A stretch of 44,907 nucleotides of DNA from a virus: the IMG/VR virus record IMGVR_UViG_3300005826_000023; one strand, 5' to 3'. The translations under genes and the position numbers were made by a program. A model generated the notes under the pieces. It did no database searches. It had not been told where the DNA came from and saw nothing but the letters and a program-made list of their open reading frames with translations. This document shows positions 35,125-44,377 of the stretch, in pieces (the first letter of the stretch is position 1; every line of letters begins with the position of its first letter).

Positions 35125-35637
35125 ATGAGTCATCATCCACTCGATATTGACTTAACACCGCCAAGTGTCGATGCAGACCTAGAACGGTATCTCATCAGCA
35201 ACTTTGCGTTGTTACGTCAGTGTCGAACGCAACAGATAATTTTGAGTTTCGATAGTCCGCCGATGATTCCAACGGGCGCGGAGACGGCATTAGCTACGTT
35301 ATCGGCTCCGCGGGTTGTTCTTGACTCACGTGGACAATGGAATGGGCAAGTATACACGGCAGATGTAGACCATCAACTCTTGGTTCAGCAATTTGGCGTG
35401 TTTTTCACCAATCCAACAGGAAGTCGACGCATTGGCATCAGCCGTAACGGTGCCGCCATGATTGTGACAGACGCACGATTGGCACTTACAGGTATATCAA
35501 CCGTTATGAACGGTATGTTCTTCACGGATGTGGTAGTTGGTGACACGATTACACCCGTGGCCTGGCAGGATTCCGGCGGAAACGTTGGCTGCTACATGCA
35601 GTGCTTTTTCTCCACCATGTCTTTGACGCGGGCGTAA
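35125..35637 (+). CDS. Hypothetical structural protein, 170 aa
   Basis: Abuts the upstream stop. Confidence 0.7.
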   Translation: MSHHPLDIDLTPPSVDADLERYLISNFALLRQCRTQQIILSFDSPPMIPTGAETALATLSAPRVVLDSRGQWNGQVYTADVDHQLLVQQFGVFFTNPTGSRRIGISRNGAAMIVTDARLALTGISTVMNGMFFTDVVVGDTITPVAWQDSGGNVGCYMQCFFSTMSLTRA

Positions 35638-35641
35638 ACTC

Positions 35642-36172
35642 ATGGGCCTCTATTTCGACCACATTTTCAGATTTCCGGCGGGCTTTACTGGTTTTCCCGG
35701 GCGAAAGCCTTTGCCGGAACCGTTGCTAATCACACGACGTAATACGGTACCGCAGGTTGGCGCTCAGCGGATGCTCCGTATGATTGCGCGCGCGGACGTG
35801 ACGGATATTACCGCTGGTGGCAACTGGTACGTGGGGCTTTGTGACCAGGTGCCGGTCATCAACGACGAGTTGTCCGATGTAACCTCCGAGTTGACATCAG
35901 CGGGTGGCTATGCACGTAAAGCCATCACGCGTAATGCAGCAGGTTGGCCTACCGAGGAATATCTAAATACGGTTGCCACGATTTTGTCGACGACCGTCAC
36001 CTTTTCGGCATCTGGTGCCGATTTCAGCGGCGTTTTCACACGGGCGTTCTTGTGTAATGTCGCGTCTGGCAGTGCCGGCATTCTCTTCTCCTACGGCGGG
36101 CCGCTGACGGTCGGCATTCTTGTGCCAGATGGTCAGGATTTTGATATGCAGTTTCGGTTGGGGCTAGCCTGA
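35642..36172 (+). CDS. Hypothetical structural protein, 176 aa
   Basis: ORF within the tail module. Confidence 0.7.
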   Translation: MGLYFDHIFRFPAGFTGFPGRKPLPEPLLITRRNTVPQVGAQRMLRMIARADVTDITAGGNWYVGLCDQVPVINDELSDVTSELTSAGGYARKAITRNAAGWPTEEYLNTVATILSTTVTFSASGADFSGVFTRAFLCNVASGSAGILFSYGGPLTVGILVPDGQDFDMQFRLGLA

Positions 36173-36181
36173 GTCACGTTA

Positions 36182-38125
36182 ATGCCAAATGCGCGTGTAG
36201 CTCTAACGCAGGTTCGCGGGCTGATTCCGCTTATCGACCCCAAGCGGATTACAGACCCGACAATTTCGCGCGCACGTAATGTGGTCATTGACGCGGATGG
36301 CCCAAAATCGGGATTTTCTAGTCGTGTATTGGTCGGCAACTACGCTTGTCAAAAAGCGTTTGCTGACCCGCTTGACGTTGCGTCATTTCGTGTAGCCAAC
36401 GAGACAGAGACATTTTTCTTCACGCACAAGGCTGCATTCAAGTACGATACGCCGAATCGCAATCTGGTTCCGGTGCTAACGTATTCCTGGGGGCTGACTT
36501 CATTCTTCCCGTTTACGCACGCCGTTGTCAATAGCGTCGATTACTTTGCCCGGCAGGGTACAGGTCTGATTGCCTATGACTCGACAACGGGTGAGTGGAC
36601 ATTCCTCAATAATACCGTTGTGCCAGGTATACCAAACGGTATCTTGGCATGTGCTGAGAGCCAAGGGCGGCTGGTTGTCGCGGTTCCAGGTGCAACGCAC
36701 TGGTCTGCTATTGATGACGGGCAGGACTTTATCACTTCTACGACGACAGGTGCCGGCTTCCAGTCATTGTCGCTTATCGGCGCTGCTGGCGCCGGTTTGC
36801 AGCTTGCTGTCTGGGGTTATCCAGGCGGTATTCTGACATTCACGCGGCGTGGTATTATGCGCTCGCAGGCGGTTAATTCCATTAACCCATTCCGCCATGA
36901 GGCGTGGTCGGATTTGGAAGCCATTAATCCGTATTGCATAGCGCCATTCGATAACGACAAGATAATCTTCCTTACCCGCCGTGGTTTCTATATCACGGAT
37001 GGATATAAGCGGCCGGAACTCTGGCAGCCCGCTATGTCAGAGTATTTGCACGCACGACTTCTGCCAACTCTTGACCTTACGTTCAACAGCATGTTGCGTC
37101 TCTATGTGGCGCCAACACGTGATTGGGTTATTTTGTCGTACAATACGACAGGTTCCGCAGAGGGCTATTACAACCAAGCGTGGGTGTACTACGGCCCGTC
37201 GAATGAGTGGGGCATCTTCAACAGGTTGCACACGGCGTTTGTCGATTTGCACTTCGAAGATGCGCAAGATGTGAATCTCGGCTTCAAGCTGGGGTTTGTC
37301 GATAATCTCGGTGCAGTTCATCTGCTGACGGATACTACGTTCCACGATAATTACACTGATAGCGACAGTATCTGGGTATTGGATTTGCGTGGCCGCAGCG
37401 AGTGGCCGGCCGAATTGCAGCCCATTACCGCTACGCTACCCAACGGTATTTGCACGTTCTCGTCGGTTGGGTATATCACTGGCGATATATCCGACAGATT
37501 CACGTCGCCAAATGTCTACGATAGGCGTATCGTCGTAGATGACGTAATTGCTGCCCTGACAGTGCCCCCAGAAGGCGGCACTATTGGCGGTACACCAAAG
37601 CAGTTTGCTTCGTACTGTGATGTGGAAGGCGGATTGCGCATTTTCCGACAAGCGGTTCTCCCGCCTGTTAAATCGGCACTGGATGCCTATATTGAAATCG
37701 GACTTTTCCGCGGAGGGAGAAACGCCGATATCGACGAATTGAGTACCATCATTGATTTGGCAATCAGTATGGAAGAGGGTGCCATCGGTGATATGTTCGA
37801 AGATTATATCGCGGATTACTCACCCGACGATATCTTCTTTGACTGGAGTACGGGTGACGATACAGCCGAAGATTGGGGCTTTGACAGCGACGCTTTCTCC
37901 GAGTACAAGGCGGAAATTGTTGGCACTATCGACGGCAAGAATCCCTGGGAAGGGAACAGCAACACAGACGCTGAGTTGATTTACACGAGTGGCGGAACAC
38001 GATTCTACTCCGCGAATGTAACGGGGTTGCATCTTCTCGTGAAAATCAAGGCGGATGCGGTTGGCGAATCCTTCTTCTTGAAAACTCTTGAAGCGACGGT
38101 GCAGCCCTCCGGGAGACTACAGTGA
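36182..38125 (+). CDS. Tail tubular B / nozzle-like protein, 647 aa (assigned by position and size)
   Basis: Largest tail-module protein, located upstream of the fibre gene. Confidence 0.6.
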   Translation: MPNARVALTQVRGLIPLIDPKRITDPTISRARNVVIDADGPKSGFSSRVLVGNYACQKAFADPLDVASFRVANETETFFFTHKAAFKYDTPNRNLVPVLTYSWGLTSFFPFTHAVVNSVDYFARQGTGLIAYDSTTGEWTFLNNTVVPGIPNGILACAESQGRLVVAVPGATHWSAIDDGQDFITSTTTGAGFQSLSLIGAAGAGLQLAVWGYPGGILTFTRRGIMRSQAVNSINPFRHEAWSDLEAINPYCIAPFDNDKIIFLTRRGFYITDGYKRPELWQPAMSEYLHARLLPTLDLTFNSMLRLYVAPTRDWVILSYNTTGSAEGYYNQAWVYYGPSNEWGIFNRLHTAFVDLHFEDAQDVNLGFKLGFVDNLGAVHLLTDTTFHDNYTDSDSIWVLDLRGRSEWPAELQPITATLPNGICTFSSVGYITGDISDRFTSPNVYDRRIVVDDVIAALTVPPEGGTIGGTPKQFASYCDVEGGLRIFRQAVLPPVKSALDAYIEIGLFRGGRNADIDELSTIIDLAISMEEGAIGDMFEDYIADYSPDDIFFDWSTGDDTAEDWGFDSDAFSEYKAEIVGTIDGKNPWEGNSNTDAELIYTSGGTRFYSANVTGLHLLVKIKADAVGESFFLKTLEATVQPSGRLQ

Positions 38126-39015
38126 GCAAACGTGTACAGCGGCTTGGGCATTCCGGGACAACGGCTCTCACCTTTGTTGGCCTAGAGCGCGAACTCACAA
38201 TCGACACTACGCGGCGGTCAGTGCGGCTGCACGATGGTGCCACGCAAGGCGGCGTCGAATTGGCGCGAGCGGACCTCAATAATGTGCCAGATGCAACCAC
38301 AACGACGCCTGGCCGTTTCTCGTCTGCCAATCTCATCGCGCTCAATCAGGCAATCAGCGACATTGCGGATAATGTCACGGCGATTGGCGTAAATGCTGCT
38401 GATATCGCAACTAACGTGGCCGATATTGCGGCACTTGACGCGGCAAAACCCGACAAGGTGGTGCCTGCTGTGGCGGGTAATGTCGCCACGTTGACGGCTG
38501 GCGGTGCATTGGCAGATGGAGGCAAAACCGTTGCGCAACTGAACGACTGCGTAGCTGGCACTGTAGCGCTGTTTTTGCAAGCAGCCGCTCCTGCTGGCTG
38601 GACGCTCAGTGCCGCACACAACGACCGTGTGCTCCGTATTAACAATACGGTAGGTGGTGGAGTTGGCGGGTCCTGGACTATCTCTGGTTTCGCGTCGGCT
38701 GGCCACGTTTTGACAACCGCTGAACTACCCGCATCTGGTCTCACGGTGACGGGTACAGCGGCATCAGCGGGTGCCCATACACACAGCACTCCGCGTGCCA
38801 ATGCTGTAAATTCCGGTACGACGACACTGCGTCGCGGCGACGATGCAACAGTTAGCGGGGCTACGAATACGTCGTCCGATGGTGCGCACACGCACTCGGT
38901 CAGTGGCACAACGTCTAACATGGGTAGTGGTAATGCGCACGCACACGGACTGACGTACACGCCCGGTTGGCGTCCGCTCTATGTCGATGCTATTGCCTGC
39001 ACACGGAATGCGTGA
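38122..39015 (+). CDS. Tail fibre protein, 297 aa
   Basis: GTG start with a GGGAG RBS. The N-terminus RLGHSGTTALTFVGLERELTIDTTRRSVRLHDGATQGG resembles the widespread fibre N-domain seen in BPP-1 Mtd. The C-terminus has three G(A/N)HxH repeats, as in the tail-collar domain. Confidence 0.8.
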   Translation: MSKRVQRLGHSGTTALTFVGLERELTIDTTRRSVRLHDGATQGGVELARADLNNVPDATTTTPGRFSSANLIALNQAISDIADNVTAIGVNAADIATNVADIAALDAAKPDKVVPAVAGNVATLTAGGALADGGKTVAQLNDCVAGTVALFLQAAAPAGWTLSAAHNDRVLRINNTVGGGVGGSWTISGFASAGHVLTTAELPASGLTVTGTAASAGAHTHSTPRANAVNSGTTTLRRGDDATVSGATNTSSDGAHTHSVSGTTSNMGSGNAHAHGLTYTPGWRPLYVDAIACTRNA

Positions 39016-39317
39016 TGCTTGGCGCATTCCCATGTATGACGGGTCGAGGCTGCCCAAAAGCCAAAATGCGAGAGGGGTCACGTGATTTTTGCCCCTGCTG
39101 GATTTCCAACGGAATGCGGGAGACAAATTTAGCCACGGGTGAAGAGCGCGAGATTATCGGTTGCTACTTCCAGGTAATGCCAAGGCTCATGGAACATGCT
39201 GTCAAAGCTGGTAATCGCCCGGCTGAAGAGTTATCTGCTATGCGCGAGCAGGTAGTTAATACTATTGCTACGCATATGGCAACACCCATTCAAGAAGTGT
39301 TGGGCTATGCCAAATGA
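39015..39317 (+). CDS. Cys-rich hypothetical protein, 100 aa
   Basis: TGATG overlap with the fibre stop. Cys pattern CMTGRGC ... CPC. Confidence 0.6.
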   Translation: MLGAFPCMTGRGCPKAKMREGSRDFCPCWISNGMRETNLATGEEREIIGCYFQVMPRLMEHAVKAGNRPAEELSAMREQVVNTIATHMATPIQEVLGYAK

Positions 39318-39546
39318 GTGGTGGCAGGAATTTGGTATTTGCTCCGCATTAGTGGCAGCGCTCATTTACGTCGTCACTGCTTGGCGTGCAGAAATAAACG
39401 ACCACAAGGATACGCTTAACAAGCTTGTCACCCGGTTAACGGAAACTGACCGAATAGTGCGTGAGGCATTATTGCATCTTGGCGATGAACGTACGTTGTC
39501 CCAGCGGCTACTAAGTAGGCACGATACGCGTGACAAAGATGGTTGA
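39307..39546 (+). CDS. Single-pass membrane protein with a charged helical C-terminus, 79 aa. Holin or i-spanin-like candidate
   Basis: TM segment FGICSALVAALIYVVTAW. Position after the fibre gene parallels T7 gp17.5. Confidence 0.55.
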   Translation: MPNEWWQEFGICSALVAALIYVVTAWRAEINDHKDTLNKLVTRLTETDRIVREALLHLGDERTLSQRLLSRHDTRDKDG

Positions 39547-39724
39547 CCATTTGTTGGACATTTGCTTTTTTCGCCTAAAGCGTCGAAAAGAGAAGATTTT
39601 GCTTGCTGAACGCGCGCGTGAAGCACACGATGCCGCCGTTTACTTGCGGCGTAGAGCGCACGCTGTCCGCACGCATATGAATACTGGTGGCAAATCAACT
39701 ATAGGCAACCACAATGATTCGTGA
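39539..39724 (+). CDS. Possible small basic protein, 61 aa
   Basis: Fills an otherwise empty 170-nt gap and overlaps both neighbouring genes. Confidence 0.4.
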   Translation: MVDHLLDICFFRLKRRKEKILLAERAREAHDAAVYLRRRAHAVRTHMNTGGKSTIGNHNDS

Positions 39725-40901
39725 TATCGTCCGAGCAGATAGTCCCTCACCGTTGTCCGCGGCGAATAATGCTTTGGTGAATATCATTGCCAACATTGAT
39801 GGCAGTGAGGTCACAGGTTTTACGGAGGGTACGCTGCTAAATGGTGTATACTCTCCTAGGCACGTGGTGTTCAACGTCGGCATTGGGTCAGCCGCCAATT
39901 TTCAAGGAGAATACTGGGCCTCAATCGTCGATACGAATTTCTACGGTGGTAGCAGCAATACAGCAAGTTCGATTATTGGCGCATCGTTGACCCGCGTCAT
40001 TATCAATTCAGCTGGCGTGATTGCCCGTGCCATCGTGCGGCAAACCGAGATTGAGGTTCCGGACGGAGATATTGGCACCATTGTCATGCATCGCATGGTG
40101 ATGCGTGAGCAGGCCGACCCGCAACCAACGACCTCACTCATCTACGAGGAAGTCGAACTCTTTTCTGCGGCGGGCCTATTTGGCACTGTCATCGCGCGAT
40201 ATATTCCCAATACGCAGAGCGCCGATGTATCGGGCACCAAGTATCTGGACCTCAGCGAGCCGCGGGACGTACATAGCAAAATCAACGGCAAGATTATCAA
40301 TCATGCCGGACACGAGCGGGCCGCAGCCAACCATCCCGGCATCGCCAATAATCTGTATTACACATCCGACTTTAACACAGTAACGCCTATTGTACTGTCG
40401 GCAGCCGTTCTGTACTGGACGCCAATCTTCGTGCCGGCAAGAATGCAAGTCACGGAGTACAGCATCAATGTGACTACCGGTGTAGGCGGCGGTTTGCTAC
40501 GTCTCGGTGTGTATACGTCACTTGCTGGCTACCCGTCTCTGCCGCTGGGCGTTTTGTTCGGTACACCAAATCCAGAACTTGGTGAGGGTGTGTTTGCCAC
40601 GGATACGACTGGCGTGAAAACAATTGCGGCCAATCGGCTGCTTGACTCGGGTATGTACTGGCTGGCCTTCCATTCTGCCAACGGTACACACGCCGTCTCG
40701 GGCGGTGCGTTTACGCCGGAGATACGTGCCAATTTCATGGGCCGGACGTCACTTATTGTAGCCGCGGCATCCAATGCCAACACATCTTGGGTTGTCCGTG
40801 CTTACGGTTCAAATCTGCCGCTGTTGGCAGATGCTTCTGTCGCACCCCGGCAAACAGGTTCACTCTCAATTATTGGTGGCTTGCGCGGTATCGCTGGCTG
40901 A
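39714..40901 (+). CDS. Second fibre- or receptor-binding-like structural protein, 395 aa
   Basis: Ser/Thr/Gly/Asn-rich, beta-rich sequence in the tail module. Confidence 0.6.
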   Translation: MIRDIVRADSPSPLSAANNALVNIIANIDGSEVTGFTEGTLLNGVYSPRHVVFNVGIGSAANFQGEYWASIVDTNFYGGSSNTASSIIGASLTRVIINSAGVIARAIVRQTEIEVPDGDIGTIVMHRMVMREQADPQPTTSLIYEEVELFSAAGLFGTVIARYIPNTQSADVSGTKYLDLSEPRDVHSKINGKIINHAGHERAAANHPGIANNLYYTSDFNTVTPIVLSAAVLYWTPIFVPARMQVTEYSINVTTGVGGGLLRLGVYTSLAGYPSLPLGVLFGTPNPELGEGVFATDTTGVKTIAANRLLDSGMYWLAFHSANGTHAVSGGAFTPEIRANFMGRTSLIVAAASNANTSWVVRAYGSNLPLLADASVAPRQTGSLSIIGGLRGIAG

Positions 40902-40910
40902 GTAAGACTC

Positions 40911-41321
40911 ATGGACCTTGGCGAATTCTTCAAAGAGTTGCTAAATGATGCCATTGACACGGGTATCGGCAACCTCTTTGGCCCTTCTGATTCTGGCGGA
41001 CCTGCATCGTCTGTAGGCGATAACACGCCTAACTTGCTCGGTATGACAACGGATGATGTAATAGAGGATGAACCGCCACTAGGCCAAATTACCAAATCTG
41101 ATGATATCGCTGGGCGCCTTCTCGCTGGCGTTGGCATAAACGCCGAAGCGGAAAAGGATGAACCGTCCGGTATCAAGTTGAAGATGGACTTCAACCGCGA
41201 TACAGTCGAGACAAGCGGAATGGCGGAAGCGCTAGCCGCGAATACGGCCCGAATGAATAATCGAATTTTGGCTAAGCTTCTCAGCGGCCAAGATTTTGAG
41301 CCGGGAGATTTTGTGCCATGA
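40911..41321 (+). CDS. Internal virion protein A-like, 136 aa (T7 gp13 position)
   Basis: Size and order parallel to T7 gp13-16. Confidence 0.6.
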   Translation: MDLGEFFKELLNDAIDTGIGNLFGPSDSGGPASSVGDNTPNLLGMTTDDVIEDEPPLGQITKSDDIAGRLLAGVGINAEAEKDEPSGIKLKMDFNRDTVETSGMAEALAANTARMNNRILAKLLSGQDFEPGDFVP

Positions 41322-42163
41322 AATTGGTTGACAGACTTGCACACATCTTTGGCGCGATGTTGGTCGGACCCAGTGCCGGTTCGCCAAGTTCGCAGCGTGG
41401 TATTTTGGATTTGGGTTTCAGCAAGAAAAAGGAGAAATCCGTCTCGCAGCAGCAGACGGAAGCCACGCGCGATTCTACCAAGAGAACGGAATCTGAGAAA
41501 ACTGCGGATACGCAAGAGCAGCAGACGCAGGAACAACAGCGCACGCTTTTTAGCCTGGAAGTGCAGCAGCAGTTGGAGCAACAGCTGCTGACGTTTCTTG
41601 GCACTGGAGGCAACGAGACAGTTGCTGGTGCTTCAGCAGCAGAACTTGCCAGCCTCGGCGACTTCCTTCGTGAGCGTGCGTCTGGTGCGGAAGCTGCCAT
41701 CGGGGAGCAGACGGGCGCCTTGCTTGCTAATGCCCGCCGAGAAGGGCAGCGTGAACTTGGTCGCTTGCAAACGGGCCTAGCACGCGCCGCCGGTAGCGGG
41801 CAGAACTCTGTGGTGCAACTTGCGACGCAGGAGGCTGCCAATGACTTGCAGGTACAGCTTGCAGGTCTGGAGGCGCAGTTGAATCTCAATGCGCGTAATA
41901 CTGCCACTTCCGAATTTGACCAGGTTATCAAAACGCTATCGGCTGCACCGGCAGCCGCCGCGCAGGGCACTAATGAACTTGTGCAATTGGCAAGCGTGTT
42001 ACGCGGTGCGACGGAGACTGTCACCGGCACGACCGAGCGGCAAGCAACAGCGCAGGAGTCTCTAACGGCCAATGAGACGCTGAACGAGATTATCAAATCG
42101 CTCACGACAGGCGCCAGCAGCAGTAAGCGCAGTGGCTTTTCGCTGGGACTTGGCTTCAAATGA
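41318..42163 (+). CDS. Internal virion protein B-like, 281 aa
   Basis: ATGA coupling. Q/A/E-rich helical sequence. Confidence 0.65.
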   Translation: MKLVDRLAHIFGAMLVGPSAGSPSSQRGILDLGFSKKKEKSVSQQQTEATRDSTKRTESEKTADTQEQQTQEQQRTLFSLEVQQQLEQQLLTFLGTGGNETVAGASAAELASLGDFLRERASGAEAAIGEQTGALLANARREGQRELGRLQTGLARAAGSGQNSVVQLATQEAANDLQVQLAGLEAQLNLNARNTATSEFDQVIKTLSAAPAAAAQGTNELVQLASVLRGATETVTGTTERQATAQESLTANETLNEIIKSLTTGASSSKRSGFSLGLGFK

Positions 42164-42172
42164 GGCAGCATC

Positions 42173-44377
42173 ATGCCTAAAAACGACGAAAATACGCAGA
42201 TTGCGGACATTCTGCAAGGTGCGCAGCCACTGGATGTGTCCATCGCTGAGTCACTTCGTGGCGTAGACGAGCAGCAATCTACGCTTGCTCAGGAAGCATT
42301 GGAAGCATCCGCCGCCAGGAAGGAATTTAATGCTGCCGCGCTGATGGCATTCGACCGGGGTACGGAAATTGCCCAGGAACGCAGCGCTATCTTAGCGAAA
42401 TCGGCATCTGCGCAGGAAGATTTGCTTGGTCAGATGCAGGAACATCTGACGCGGCTAAATGAAATCGGCTCCACGCCGTTCCGTGCGCCTTTCGAGCCTC
42501 TCATCGAGCTATTCGACCCGGAGGATTCTCGCAGCGGACGAGTGCGATCGTTGGCACGGACGCAAACGCAGCTTGATTTGGTGAAGGCGCGTACGGGTTT
42601 GGAGGAAGCGCGTCTCCGCGACAAGGAAGCCGCAACACTGCGCGATGTCAGACGAGCGCAACTCAATTACCAAAATGAGACGAGCGACGTAACTGCGGCC
42701 CGGCAGCTACTTAACGATATCAGCGCATCCACTGATATTCGCCAGAGCATGACCGGGCAAATGCTGCAGACTATGGACGCCAGCGAACTGCGTACGGTGG
42801 AACCAATTGTTGGCAAAGAAGCTGTTGCTGCTGAACGCGCTCGCCGCGAGTCACGCACTATTGTGTTGCAATCGCAACGTCGGGCAGCGCGTGAAGCCAC
42901 ATTGACAGATACGGCTGATGACGCTCTGCAAGCCCTCGTTAGCAAGGAACCCGAGTCACCTCGTGGCGTTGCTGCGGCACGAGAGATTGCCCGGCGAAAA
43001 GATACGGCGCTCTCTCGGCAGGTGGCACAGACAGAGGCACTCAAAGTGCATCTGGGTACGCTTTCTGCATCGCAGTTGGACCGGGCTGCGGCAGAAGGCA
43101 AGATTCCCAGCCAACTTATCAGCGGCGAAATAGACCGCCGGCACAACAATGACATAGCCAAGCAATTGAATGAAGCGGCCGTCACAACGAAGAATGAGGA
43201 ACTTCGCAAGTTGGCAAAAAAGCTCACCGGCGAAGGCATGAATCTCTTCGACCTTGAAGCCAATATTAAGGCGGCCAACGAGAACGGCGGGATTTATGTT
43301 GCGCCAAACGGCCTCACATTCGCTGTTGCCGAGCTTGTGGAATTCAAGGCGAACCACGTTCAGGCGCAGGTGCTGAATTTTGGTATGCAAACGTCGACCG
43401 CTGGTGCCACACAGGCAATCGACGCTGCAATGAGTTCGTTGCAGCGTATGGCTGGTCTTGGTGGTACACAAGTGTCTGAAGATGGCACTGCGCCGTCACT
43501 TGTCGAGCAGGCTCGTGTAATGGCACAGAGTCCACATCTGGCTGGCGACGTGCGAGCAGCGGCTGCACGCACGGCAAGTGCGCTGGAGGCAGTGAAGGAT
43601 TTGCCAGATACTGCCCAGGCATTAGCCGTTCAGCAAGCCGCATCATCTTTCCTGGAAGCCGAGGCTGCACAACTCAAGCGGCGTATGGCTACGGTGCCAA
43701 ACGACGAGAGGCTCGGTTATCAGGAATACTTCGACACGGGTATCATCCGGTCGCAGCAGAATGCCTACAAGATGGCCGTATCACCCGTTTTGAATGGCGA
43801 TACGCGCACGGAATCCGTCGTGCACAACACTGCTTTGCAGGCAATTGGCGCTATCTACGCGGAGCAAGGAAGAGCAAAAGCTTTGCTGGTCGGTGACCAA
43901 GATATCGCCCTGCGGAATCTGCTCACCGACCCCAACAATCGGAAGGAGGTACTTGTTGCCACGCAGAACACGGCATTGGCATTGACCTACGAAACGGCTG
44001 CGCGTACAATTGACGACCCACAGTTGCAACAGCTTCTGCAAGACCGCAACAGCATCCTCTATCCGGATGGGAAATTCAGCGAAATTAAGTTGATGCAGGT
44101 GCTGGCCGACCCAAGTCGAGAAGGCATGAGTATGGCGGATTTCCAAACGCATCTTGTCAAAGCCTCACAGGAAGTCGTTTCGCGTGAAATGGAACCAAGA
44201 GGCGAGGAAGCGCCCGTGCAGGCTGCGCTGAATAACATCCTCTTTGGCAACAAACAGCAACAGCTATTTCCCGGCTTCGTAATGAACCATCTCGTCGCTA
44301 TTCGTGCTGCGGCCGTGCGCGCTACGCAGGCTGAGCAACGTAGCGGCGGCTTGTTGAACTTCGCAGGCGGCTCGTAA
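42173..44377 (+). CDS. Internal virion protein C-like, 734 aa
   Basis: Long alpha-helical A/Q/E/R-rich protein, comparable in size to T7 gp15 (747 aa). Confidence 0.7.
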   Translation: MPKNDENTQIADILQGAQPLDVSIAESLRGVDEQQSTLAQEALEASAARKEFNAAALMAFDRGTEIAQERSAILAKSASAQEDLLGQMQEHLTRLNEIGSTPFRAPFEPLIELFDPEDSRSGRVRSLARTQTQLDLVKARTGLEEARLRDKEAATLRDVRRAQLNYQNETSDVTAARQLLNDISASTDIRQSMTGQMLQTMDASELRTVEPIVGKEAVAAERARRESRTIVLQSQRRAAREATLTDTADDALQALVSKEPESPRGVAAAREIARRKDTALSRQVAQTEALKVHLGTLSASQLDRAAAEGKIPSQLISGEIDRRHNNDIAKQLNEAAVTTKNEELRKLAKKLTGEGMNLFDLEANIKAANENGGIYVAPNGLTFAVAELVEFKANHVQAQVLNFGMQTSTAGATQAIDAAMSSLQRMAGLGGTQVSEDGTAPSLVEQARVMAQSPHLAGDVRAAAARTASALEAVKDLPDTAQALAVQQAASSFLEAEAAQLKRRMATVPNDERLGYQEYFDTGIIRSQQNAYKMAVSPVLNGDTRTESVVHNTALQAIGAIYAEQGRAKALLVGDQDIALRNLLTDPNNRKEVLVATQNTALALTYETAARTIDDPQLQQLLQDRNSILYPDGKFSEIKLMQVLADPSREGMSMADFQTHLVKASQEVVSREMEPRGEEAPVQAALNNILFGNKQQQLFPGFVMNHLVAIRAAAVRATQAEQRSGGLLNFAGGS

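Noticed and set aside
38122-39015. Possible diversity-generating retroelement, because the fibre N-terminus resembles the N-domain of the BPP-1 Mtd tropism determinant
   Set aside because: No ORF in any frame has reverse transcriptase motifs (no YxDD-type sequence). I found no second copy (template repeat) of the fibre 3' end elsewhere in the genome. The N-domain is common in ordinary fibres.
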